64,000 nt of DNA from an uncultured Myxococcales bacterium. Lineage in GTDB: Bacteria; Myxococcota_A; UBA9042; CAIXZC01. The stretch lies in NCBI GenBank assembly GCA_964593355.1, contig CAZQHM010000021.1, forward strand, positions 1,565 through 65,564. The letters run 5' to 3'. This document shows positions 31,101-43,100 of the stretch, in pieces (positions within the stretch are counted from its first letter, which is position 1; every line of letters begins with the position of its first letter). The notes under the pieces were generated by a model. The model was not told the DNA's origin. It made no database searches and worked only from the letters and a program-made list of their open reading frames with translations. A program made the position numbers and the translations under genes.

Positions 31101-34100
31101 CAGAAATTGCCCGCCGAGCAGTGGCTGTGTTCAGAGCACGAGGTTAGGCAACTGGAAGCGCCGCATGAGTAGGGTGCGCAGCTTGCCGAGCCCGAATCGG
31201 TGCAGCTCCCCGAACCGTTGCAAATATCCGCCGGGTAGTAGGTAGAGCCAACGCACGACTCGGCCAGGCACACCGTTGTGGCGTTGAAATTGGCGCAGGC
31301 GCCAGCGCCGTCGCAGGTGCCGTCGAAGAGGCATGTGGCCGGCGCCATGGCGGTGCACTGGTTCTTCGGGTCGGTGCCGGCAGTAGCGGCTTTGCAAGAA
31401 CCGGCACCATTGCAGACTCGGCAGTGGCCGCACTCGTTGCCCGGATCACTGTTATTGGGCGTGAGTGAACAGGTTCCCTCAGAGCCCGATGCGTTGCACG
31501 ACTGGCAAAGCCCGTCGCAAGCCGTTGCGCAGCAGACGCCGTCGGCGCAGAAGCTGGATTGACACTCGAAACCCGCCACGCAGGGAGAGCCCAGTGTCCT
31601 TGGTGCTTCACAGATTCCCGAACCGTTGCAGAAGAAGCCGGGCAAGCAGTCGTCGTCACTGCCGCACACGGTCAGGCAGTCGTCGCCGGCGGCGTTGCAC
31701 TCGTATGGAGAGCACGAGGTGACTCCGCCGTCGGTGCAAACCCCGGGGGCCGTGCAAAGGTCCTGGAGGTAGAGGGTGCCGGCGGAGCAGATCCTGGGAG
31801 CACACTGCGTTCCCACCGAATAGTATCTGCAGGCTCCCGCCCCGTTGCACTCACCATCCAGGCCGCAAGAGGCGGCAGTGCCGGCGAGGCAATCGGCCTT
31901 GGGATCGGTTCCGTCGTCGGCAGCGACGCACAGTGGTCCAGAACCGCTGCAGGCCATACAAAGGCCGCAGTTGTTCTCAGGATCTGTTCCCGCGGGCGCG
32001 GGCGAGCAATTGCCAGGTACGGCGGAGCATGACTCGCACGGGCCGTCGCATGCACTATCGCAGCAGTAGCCGTCGACGCACAGGCCGGAAGCGCACTGTT
32101 GGCCCTCGATGCAGGTCTCGCCCAAGGCCTTTTTGGCAAGGCAGCTGCCCGACGAACAGTAGTTTCCGTCGCAACAATCGGCGCTGTTGGCGCAGTGGGT
32201 AGTACAAGCGCTTCCCGAGCCGTTGCATCGGTACGGGCAGCAGTCTTGCGTCCCGCCGTCGATGCAACTGCCGCTACCGTTACACTCATCGGCAAAGGTC
32301 ATGGTCGTGCCCGAGCACGACCCCGTGGCGCAAACCGTCTCTGAAGGCCAGTAGGCGCAGGCTCCCGAGCCGTTGCAAGAGCCGTTGAGGCCGCAGGAGA
32401 GCGGGTCCGCCTGAGCGCACTGGCTCTTGGGGTCGCTTCCTGCCGACGCTGCGATGCAGGTTCCAAAACCGCTGCAAATGCGACAGAGGCCGCATTCCGC
32501 CTGGGGATCGACGCCGGCGGGGAACGCTGTACAAGTGCCCTCGAAGCCGGGCAGGCCGCAGGAGCGGCAAGAACCGGTGCAGGCTTCGTTACAGCAATAG
32601 CCGTCGACACAGAAGCCCGTGGCGCAGTCCGAGTTCACCGAGCAGGTGGTTCCACCGCTCTGCTTGGCCACGCAGGCGTTGCCAAGACATGTGTAACCCG
32701 TGCAGCAGTCGGCCTCGACGTCGCAGTAGGTTCGGCAGCCCGAGGCGCCGCACTGGTAGGGGCAGCAGGAGCTGGCGTAAGCGCAGCACCGCACCATGGC
32801 CGTACCAGTGGAGGGGGTACAGGCCACGGGAATGGAGCCCAGATTGGCCGGGTCGCCGGCACCCGTGAAGAAAGAGTCCTCGCTGCACTCGGTGAGCGAC
32901 CAAACTCTCTCGTTTTCGTAGCCGCAGCCACTTCCCACGGTTTCGCCAAAGGCGATTTCGTCCCAGCTGCAGAGCCGCCCTCCCAAAGCAGAGCAAATCG
33001 CCACCGCCTCGGTATGGGTCACGGCGCCTGAGCAGGGCTCGGACTGGGCGCAGACCAACTGGCTTCCAGGGTTGACGTCCCAACCCAGCAGGGAGCAGTT
33101 CCCTGTTGGGGCAAGGCAGTTGCCCGAGCCATCGCACACATGTTTGCCCTGGAAATCACTGCCCGTGCAGGCAGCGGCCACGCACTCGGTGCCGCCCTCC
33201 CAGAGCCTGCAATCGCCCTTTCCGTTGCAGACGCCGTCGGGGCCGCAGGTGCTCTTGTCTTCTTGTTCGCACTGCGACTTGAGATCCTGGCCCTCCAACT
33301 GGGCGACGCAGGAGCCTGAGCCGTTGCATGTGTTGCACGTTCCGCACTCGTCGGCCGGGTCATTGTTGAGACCGTAGAAGGTGCAGGTGCCTTCGTACCC
33401 GGAGAGGTTGCAGGTCTGACAGGTGCCCGAGCAGGCGGTGTTGCAGCAGACCCCGTCGACGCACTGCCCGGAGAGGCAGTCGACGCCCACGAGACAGGCG
33501 GCCCCGTTCACCAGCTTGGGCACGCAAAGGTTGCTCAAGCAACGGTGTGATGGAGCACAGCCGCTGTTGTCCGTGCAGGAGGTAGCGCAATTGACCCCGT
33601 CGCCGTCACAGCTGTACGGAGCGCAGGATGTCACTGTTGGTGCGGAGCATACTCCGCTGCCGTCGCACATACGGGCGGAGTAGATGTTACCCGAGAGGCA
33701 GTAGGGTGACATGCACTGGGTCACGGTATCCCACAGTCTGCAGCCGCCGGTGCCGTCGCACTCGCCGTCGAGGCCGCAACTGGATTCCGGTGAAGGGATG
33801 CAGTCATTGGTGGGGTCAAGCCCATTGGGCACTGCCACGCAGGTGTAGTTGCCGTTGCAGACTCTGCAGTTTCCGCACTCGTTGAAGGGGTCGGTATTCA
33901 CCACAAGGGCGCTGCACGTTCCCGGATTCAAGCTGCACGAGGCGCAGGTCTGAGTGCAATCGGTGTTGCAGCAGAAGCCGTCCACGCAATAGCCCGACCA
34001 GCACTCACTGCCTTCGATGCATGTCTGCCCGTTGGGAAGCTTGGGCTGGCACTGCTGAGAGCGGCAGTAGTGGTCTGCAGCGCAGTCAGCATCGGTGTTG

Positions 34101-37100
34101 CAAGCGCCAAGACATCCCGTTCCGCTGCCGTTGCAGACGTAAGGAGAACAATCGATGGTGCCGCTGTCGCTGCAGGTTCCGCTGCCGTTGCAGAGATCTG
34201 GAGCCTCGAAGATCTGGCCGGTGCAAGAGCCCGCTGCACAGATGGTGGAGGGGCCCCAGTAACGGCAGGTTCCGGAACCATCGCAGGTGCCGTCTTGACC
34301 GCAGGTGCCGGGCATGCTCGAGGAGCACTCGAACTTCACGTCGCTACCGGCGCTCTGGGGAGCACATGAGCCAGCTCCATCGCAAGCATTGCACAGAGCG
34401 CATTCGCTCTCAGGATCGCTGTTGGCGGCATAAGGAGAGCACTGGCCCAACTTGCCCGTGAGCCTGCATGAGGAGCAGGTTCCGGCGCATTCGCTGTCGC
34501 AGCAGTAGCCGTCGACGCAGTAGCCCGAGGTGCACTGCTGAGCCGACGAGCAGGTCTGACCGTTGGCCCTCTTGGCCACGCAGCTGGAACCCCAGCAGAA
34601 GTAGCCGGTCACGCAGTGTGCCGAGTCAACGCAGGTGGTCCTGCAATCGAGACCGTCGGCCCTGCAAACGTACGGGTCGCAACTGGTGCTGCCGCCTTCC
34701 ACACACTCGCCCGAGCCGTCGCAGATGTCCGAATTGTTGCGTGTAGAGCCCACGCAACTCTGGGGGGCGCAGAGGCTGGTACTGCTCCAATAGCCACAAC
34801 CGCCCAGGCCGTTGCACTGGCCGTTGAGCCCGCAGGTGGACTCTGCCGACCAGGGGCACTCGTCCATGGGGTCTGTGCCTGCCGTGGCGGCCTTGCACGC
34901 ACCGGCGCCGTTGCACACTCGGCACAGCGAGCAGTCGTTCTCCGGATCCTGGTTGTTTGGCGTGAAGCGGCAGATGCCTTCATAGCCCGGCACGCCGCAC
35001 GAGCGGCACTCGCCAAGGCAGGCAGACTCGCAGCAAACGCCGTCGGCGCAAGCCCCGGTGGTGCACTCACCATCCAGCAGACATGGGGTTCCCGGCGCCT
35101 TGAGAGGCTGGCAAACGCCCAGGTTGCAGTAGTAGCCGCCAGCACACTGAGTGTTATCGATGCAGCTTGTGACGCAATCGGTGCCCACGGCGTTGCATGT
35201 GTAGGGCACGCACGAGACCGTTCCGCCATCCACGCAGGTGCCGAGGCCATCGCAGATATCGGTCTGGTAGCGCGTAGTTCCGGAGCAGTAAGAATTGTTG
35301 CAGGTGACGCCAACGGCGAACAGTCGGCAGTTCCCAGCCCCGTCACAGGCGCCGTCCTTGTTACAAGAGGTGACCGGATCAAGGTCGCAATTGCTCTTGG
35401 GGTCAAGGCCGTTGGCTATCATCTGGCAACCGCCCGCCCCGTTGCAGGCTTTGCAGTGGCCGCAGTTGTTCTCTGGGTCTGTGCCGGCAGGCCAGAAGTT
35501 GCACTGGCCGGGAACGGCGGAGCAGTTCTGGCAGCTGCCGCTGCAAGCTGTTACGCAGCAGTAGCCATCAACGCAGTAACCAGATGCACACTCGCCAGCA
35601 GTTGAGCATGTAGCGCCGTTCGGCTTCGTGGCGACGCAAACGTTGCCGACGCAGGAGAAGCCGGGGGCGCAGTGGGTGTTGGCCGTACAACCGGTTCTGC
35701 ACTCGACCCCTGCGGCATCGCAAGAGTATGGAGAGCAAGACGTGGAGCCCGAATCGGCGCACGAGCCCGACCCATCGCACTGGTCGGGATGGTACTTGGT
35801 GAAGCCGGAGCAAGTCTGAGGAATGCAGATGGTGCCCAAGGACCAGACCTCGCAGCCACCGGTGCCGTCGCATTCTCCCGTGCTGCCGCAAGTCGACGCA
35901 CTTTGGATGTCGCACTCGCTCTTGGGGTCGGTTCCGGCGGTAACGGGTGCGCAGGCCCCATCTTCGCAGACGAGGCAGGTTCCGCAGTCGGTTTCTGGGT
36001 CGGTTCCGTTGGGGAACTCAACGCAGAGACCCTTGCTAGCCGGCAGGCCGCAGGAGCGGCATGGGCCCGTGCAGGCGCTCTGGCAGCAGTAGCCGTCCAC
36101 GCAGAATCCGGACTGGCACTCAGCGCCCGCCATGCATGTTGAGCCGTCGGGCTTGGCGGCCACGCACTTGTTGGCGCTGTTGCAGTAGTTCCCTGTGGTG
36201 CAGTGGGCGTTGGTGGTGCAGAAGGTCCTGCAAAGGGTGCCCACGGTGTTGCAGACATAGGGGTCGCAGGCTACGGCGAAGCCGGTGATGCAGGTGCCCG
36301 AACCGTTGCACACCGACGCCATGGTGCGGGTGGAGTCGGTGCAGTTGGTGGGCACGCACACGGTGCCAGCGGTGTAGAGGCGGCAAGAACCGGCTCCGTT
36401 GCAGGTGCCGTCCTGGCCGCAGGTGGCCACGTCATCCTGCTGGCACTGGGCTTTGGGGTCCAGGCCGGCGGCAACGTTTGTGCACGAGCCTGCTCCGTTG
36501 CAGACCATGCAGTGGCCGCACTTGTTCTGAGGATCCTGGCCTGCGGGCGAGAGGATGCATGTGCCCTCGCTGCCTGGCTGGCCACACGAAGCGCACAGTC
36601 CGTCGCAGGGTGAGCTGCAGCAGAATCCTTCGACGCAGTAGGAGGACTCGCACTGTTCGGCCTCGCTGCACGGTGAGCCCACGGTTAGCTTCGGCTGGCA
36701 CTCACTAAGCGCATTGCAGAAGTGAGTGGAGACGCAGTCGGCGTGGGTATTGCAGGAGGCAAGGCAGCTATCGCCTGCCGGGTGGCAGACGTAGGGTTCG
36801 CAAGAGACCGAGCCGCTGACGACGCAACTGCCGCTACCGTCGCAGTAGTCGTCGAGGGTCAGCGTTGTTCCCGAGCATGTCCTGGCGTTGCAGACTGAAC
36901 CCGGAAGGTAGGTTCGACAAGCCCCGGTGCCGTCGCACGTGCCATCGAGGCCGCAGGTTGAGACCCCGGCATCTTCGCAATCGTCGGCTGGGTCAACTCC
37001 TGTGGGCACAAGCTGGCAACCGCCGGCCCCGTCGCAACCCCAACATGTGGGGCAGTCGTCTTCGGGATCCATGTTGATTGCTTCGGGGGTGCAGAGGCCC

Positions 37101-40100
37101 GGGGTTACGCCGCAAGATTGGCAGGGTCCGTCACAGGCCGATTCGCAGCAGTATCCATCGACGCAGTAGGTGGAGGCGCACTCGCCATTGGTCAGGCACG
37201 AGTCACCGTTGGCCTTCTTCGGCAGGCACTGGAATCCGCCACAGTAGTAGCCTATGGCGCAGTCGCCGTCGCTGCTGCAAGTGGTGGAGCAGTCGGTGCC
37301 GAGGCTGTTGCACATGTACGGGTCGCAGGAGGCGATACCCCCTTCGACGCAGGTGCCGGTGCCGTCGCACTCATAGGCTTCGAAGAGGGTTGTGCCGACG
37401 CAGAAGGCCGGCAGGCAGACGGTGCCGGGAATCCAGAGTCTGCAACCACCGTTTCCATCGCACTGTCCGTCGAAGCCGCAGGTAGTTTGCGGGTCGCTGG
37501 CGCAATCGAATTTCGGATCGCTTCCCGACGATGTGAAGCCGCAGCTTCCGGCTCCGTTGCAGGCCTGGCAGAATCCGCACTCAGCCTCGGGATCATTGTC
37601 CACGGGATATGGTGAGCAGGTTCCGGGATTGATGGCGCAGCTCTCGCAGGTGCCGTCGCATGCCGATTCGCAGCAGTATCCGTCAACGCAGTAGCCGCTG
37701 ATGCATTCGCTGGCAGCGGTACAGGCAAGGCCATTGGGGCGCCCTGCCTGGCACTCGCCGCTGTTGCACCACGAGTCGGGGGCGCACTGGTCGTCGGAGT
37801 TGCACACGGTGAAGCAGCCGAACGTCGAGTCGCAGAGATAGGGGTGGCAGGGTGAGAAGCCGTTGTCGATGCAGGTTCCCAAGCCGTCGCAGGTGTCGGC
37901 GTTGGTTTGGATTCCGGCGGCGCAAGACTGGTCTACGCACACGGTGCCGGAGATCCAGTATCGGCATTGTCCGGTTCCGTTACAGGTTCCGTCCAGACCG
38001 CAGCTGCTCTGGTCCGTGGCGCCGCATTCGTCGAGGGGGTCTTCGCCTGCGGTAACTGCCTTGCACGCTCCAAGACCGTTGCAAGTGTTGCACAGGGCGC
38101 ACTCGTCATCGGGGTCGCTGTTGTTGGCGAACGGGGTGCACGTGCCTACGCTTCCCGCTGCATCACAAGAGCGGCAGGCTCCGGAGCAGGCGGTGTTGCA
38201 GCATACGCCATCGGCGCAGAAGCCACTCTGGCATACGTCGCCGGTGGAGCAGGGCTGTCCGTTGGCCCGTTTGGGGATGCAGATTCCAAGCAGGCAGGCA
38301 TGGCCTGGGGCGCAGTGGGCACCCACGATGCACAGTACTCTGCAGGCGTCACCGTCGGCGTTGCATGCGTAGGGGGCGCAGGACTGTGCTGCCTCGGTCT
38401 CGCAGAGGCCACCGCCCGAGCAGAACCTCTCGGGGGTCAGCATATGGCCGACGCACACCGGTTCATGGCAGGAGGTAGAGTCGCTCCAGAGGCGGCAAGC
38501 GCCAGTTCCGTTGCATGTACCGTCCTGCTGGCAGCTATCCTGGGAGAAGGAGGCGCAGTCATCAAGCGGGTCATCGCCTGCCGGCACGTCTCCGCAGCCG
38601 TCGACGCCGTTGCACATGGCGCAAACGGGGCAATCGTCTTCGGGGTCGGTGGCGCCGGGGTACTGAGAGCAGGCACCAAGCAGTCCGGGCAGGGCGCAAG
38701 ATTCGCAGTCGCCATCGCAAGCCGAGTCGCAGCAGACCGAGTCGACGCACATATCCGAGAGGCAGTCCGATGTCTCATCACATGCCTCGCCGAGGGGCAG
38801 CTTGGGCAGGCAGACGTCGTCGCAGCGGGCCAGGGCGTCGCACTCCGAGTCAAGCACGCAAGAGATGGGGCACTGGGTCAGCGGTTGATTCTGAGTGCCG
38901 GTGCAGTAGATGTCTTTGTAGTCTCCGCACCCGTCAGAGAGCAAGTCGGGCGTGCAGGCCGAGTCGTCGGCCACTTCGGCGGAACCGCAGGAGAAGCTCT
39001 CACAGACGGCATCCACTCTTGAGCCCTGGCAAGAGCCTGGGGTGTGGCATACAGGGGATTCCCAGTGGTCCCATGGGCAATGTCCAGGGATGTTGCAGCA
39101 GTCGCCCGAGTCACAACAGAAGCTGTTCTGGCAGTGGCCCGAGAGGCAGTCTGTGGGCTCGTCGCACATGGCGCCGTTGGGGTAGTCCGCAACGCAAATC
39201 TCGTCTTCGCAGTGGGCATTAGCGTCGCAATCTGCATGGACGATGCAGCGTTCCAGGCACACGGGTTCACCCTGCTCTTCTGCGCCGTTACAGTACTGGT
39301 CCAGATAGAGGCCGCAGGGCTTCGCCAGGGTCGATTCGTCGCAGGCGCTGTCATCTTCTATGGCGATGCTATGGCAGATGTTGCCCAGACAGGCCGCTTC
39401 GCCCCTCTGTCCCTGGCACAGCTCCGTGAGGTCGCACTGAGGAGGCAGGGTGTAAGCGGCCAGGCAGGCCGACTCATTGTCGCAGCAGTCGCCGGAGTCG
39501 CAGCAGAAGCCGTTCTGGCAGTGGTCAGACTGGCAGTCGGAGTTTTCGTCGCAGGGATAACCGTTTTCGAGGTCCGGGATGCAGATGGTATCGCAGTGGT
39601 TTCCGTTGTCGCAGTGGTCGTCCAGGGTGCAGGTCTCGGGGCAGACAGGCGGTTCCTGGATCTCATCGCCATTGCATCGCACGGGTTTGAAGAACCCGCA
39701 CTCGTCGGCGATGGTGTCAAAGTTGCAGCCTGAGTCATCGGCGTAGGGCACGGAGCTGCACATGTTGTTCCAGCAGAGCGGGCCGGCACGATGTCCCTGG
39801 CAGGTGCCCGGGTTATCGCACACGGGCGGGAGCTGATACCCGGGGCCGCAGTCCGTGGGCACCAGGCAGCACTCGCCCAGATCACAGCAGATGCCGTCGT
39901 TGCAGTTGCCCGAGAGGCAGTCGTCGTCTTCAAGGCAGACTTCACCCGGTCCCAGGTCCTCAACGCAGACGCCATCTTCGCAGTGTGCCAGGGGGTCGCA
40001 CTGGGCGTCGCCGACGCACGAGGTCGGGCATGCGGGGGGAGACTGGTTGGAGGAACCGGTGCAGATGATGTCGGCGAAGGCGTCGCACTGGTCGGCTGTC

Positions 40101-43100
40101 TCGCCGGAGCAGCCCGAGTCGTCGTCCACCTCGATGGTGCCGCACTCGTTGTCCACGCAGGTAGCATCTCTACGGCGTCCCTGGCAGGTCTCGGGGTCGA
40201 AGCATCCCGACGGCGAGCTGAAGGCAGCGGGACAGTCTGACGCCACAGAACAGCAGGAACCGAAGGCACAGCAGTAGCCGTTGGAGCAGTAGTTGGAGAT
40301 GCAGACCAGGTCTGACTCGCACTCAGCGCCGTTGGGCTTCAGCTCAGTGAAAGTTGTGGTCAGCTTGTACCAGCCACCGGAGTTCTTCGCCCCATCGACC
40401 ACGAGGTAGTACGTGCCGGGCACCACCAACTTGTGATTGACCGATTCGTCGCACTCTCCGGCGAGGCACGAGTCGGCGCAGGCAACGGACCACGGTGCGC
40501 AGCCCGATGCGTCGGAGTTCTTCAAGTAGAGGATGCCGTCCCAGTCCGTGGATTCCAGTTGAGCCGAAACGGCCATGGGTTGGGTTGTTGTGAACTTGTA
40601 GATTCTGTCTCCGGCGAAGCCGCCGCCGCAAGAACCTGAGGCGTCGTTGCCAGCGCACCTGGTCTCGCCGAAGTACTCTGCCGTCCCTGCCGTGGAGGGA
40701 ATGTCGAAGGCTGTGGCGCAGGTCTCTCCGCCCTCGAAGGGGGTCTCAGTTCCTACGACGTAGATTCCCCACGAGAGCATGCGTCCGACGCCGAAGTCGC
40801 CGAGGTCGCAGACCCGAAGTGTCCAGACGCCGTTAGCATTCTCGCCTCTGAGCGAGCAGAGTTTACCGTTGTCGTAGAAGGAGGTGCTGAAGGTGTTCCG
40901 GAAGTTGTCGTTATCGCCGCCCTGGCGGTCCCACAGGTAGACCTGGGTGCCGTCGGGGGAGGTCAATCGGGCCCAGGTCTCACCCAGGTAGGCGTGATCG
41001 AACTCCATCTTCACATCGATGGTCGCAATATAGGTCTTGGCCGAGTCGATGGTGATTGTTCGGACGTAGCAGGAGGCCTTGTTCACGTCACCCTGTGACG
41101 GGTTGTGGACGTGGACGCAGTCCGGATGAGTGCAGAGGGGCACGCAGACGCCCTTGCCCGGGCCCCCGGTGCCGCCAACGCAGGCGTCATCGTAGCCACA
41201 GTCATCATCGCCAGCATCGAAGCTATGTGAGCCCCCGCAATTGTTCTCGCAGTGCTGCACCCTGGCGGAGAAGTCGCAGCCTCCCATGCCGTCGTCGAGT
41301 TCCCAGTTGCACTGGTCGATGGTGCATGGGTTGTTGTCGTCGCACTCGGGTACCTCGCCGGCCACGCATCCAACGTTGGCATCGCAGTAGGACGTACCGT
41401 TGCAGAACTGGCCATCTTCGCAGAGCTCATTTCTAGGCTCGTGCACCACGGCCTGAAGTACCTCGTCACAGTAATCCAGGGTGCAGTCCACGCCGTCGGA
41501 GAGGCCCATGGGGGCCGCCGAGATGCAGCCTAGCACCTCATCGCAGCGTTCGAATCCGTTGCAGAAGTAGCCGTCGTCGCAGAAGCCGTCCTGGGCAACG
41601 TGTATGACGCCAAGTTCCGGGTCGCACAGGTCGATGGTGCAGTCCAGAGAGTCGCCCACCACGGGTGGCTCGCCGGGCAGGCAGCCCTGGGTGGCATGGC
41701 AGTATTCTATGCCATCGCAAACGTTATCATTAGAGCAAACTGTATGATTTGGGACATGTTTAATAGTGTCGGTAAGCTCGTCACATAAATCTTGTGTGCA
41801 GGCCACACCGTCATCGGTGGAGGGTGAGGACCCGGCTCTACAGCCCACGACGGTATCGCAGACTTCCAGGCCATTGCACCACTTGCCGTCATTGCAGGCA
41901 GCGTGGTTGGGCACGTGGATCACTGCTCTGAGGGTTTCATCGCAGGAGTCAATGGTGCAGGCCAAGCCGTCGGAGATTGGCACTGCCGAGCCGCCAATGC
42001 AGCCGGCCAGGGCGTCACAGCTCTCTGTGCCGTTGCAGAAGATCCCGTCATCGCACAACAGGTCATTGATGGCGTGGACCACCTTGTCGGTGGTCTCATC
42101 ACAGTAGTCGATGGTACAGGGCACGCCGTCATCGACCAGGGGTGGGGTGCCGGGTGAGCAGGCTCCAGTGACGGGGTCGCACTGCTCTGCGCCGTTGCAG
42201 AAGAGTCCGTCATCGCAGGCCGATACGGTGCCGACGCACTGACCGGCGCCGGAGCAGCGGTCTTCGAAGGTGCAGACATTGGAGTCATCGCAGGCGACAC
42301 CGGCCAAAGCGTTCACCAGTTGGCACGCCCCGGTTGCTGCCTGACAGCGGAAGACCTTGCACTGGGTAGTGGAGGCGGGGCAGACCACGACGGTGTCGGG
42401 GTCCACGACGCATTGGCCGGCGACGCATATGAGGTTGCCGTTGCATAGGTTGCCATCATCGGGGCAGTGGGAGTCTTGTGTGCAGCCGTTGCATGCGGGG
42501 ATGGGGTTGACGCCGGCACCAACGCATACGCCATTGGAGCACGTATCGCCGATGGTACAGAGTTCACCGTCGGAGCATGGGCCCGGCATGGGTTCGTAGA
42601 CGCAGCCCGTTCCCGGGACGCACTTGTCGAGGGTGCAGACGTTGGAGTCGCTGCAGAGGTATCCTTGGGGGGTGTGGACCACGACGTCGTTGAGTTCGTC
42701 GCAGACGTCCGACGTGCAGGAGACGCCATCGGAGAGCAGCGGTGCGGCTCCAGGCTGGCAGTCGGCTGCTGGGTCACAGTACTCGGTGCCATTGCAGAAA
42801 AGGCCATCGTCGCAACCGGAGTCATCGGCGGTGCGGAGAATCTCTCGGGATGCCTCGATGCACACCTCAACGGTACAGTCCACGCCGTCGTCGAGGCCCG
42901 GCATGGGGACGGTGATGCAGCCCACGGAGAGATTACAGGCCTCGGGGCCGTTGCAGTAAACGCCATCGCTGCAGACCGAGTGGTCTGCGAGGTGGCGGAT
43001 GATGTCCAGCGCCTCATCGCAGGTGTCCTCAGTGCAATCCAGGCCGTCGTCGAGGGTTGGGATATTGCCGCTGGTGCAGCCAATGTTGTTATCGCACACC

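Larger units (their letters stand above)
26330..38770 (-). repeat. Giant gene: about 22 x ~180-aa Cys-rich repeats ('CxSGxCVDGxCCxxAC...DPxxxCGxCxxCNGxGxC...DPKxxC...CGxDGxCxGxGxCR...CDGxGxC...CxPYxC')
   Basis: Counted by the recurring 'C(x)PY(x)C' and 'CxxCNGxGxC' landmarks. Repeats are about 40-50% identical at protein level and diverged at DNA level. Two sub-types exist: a plain 'CxPYxC...DxxC' form, and an extra-Cys form 'CCPYxC...DCC' that dominates after the embedded modules. Confidence 0.7.
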
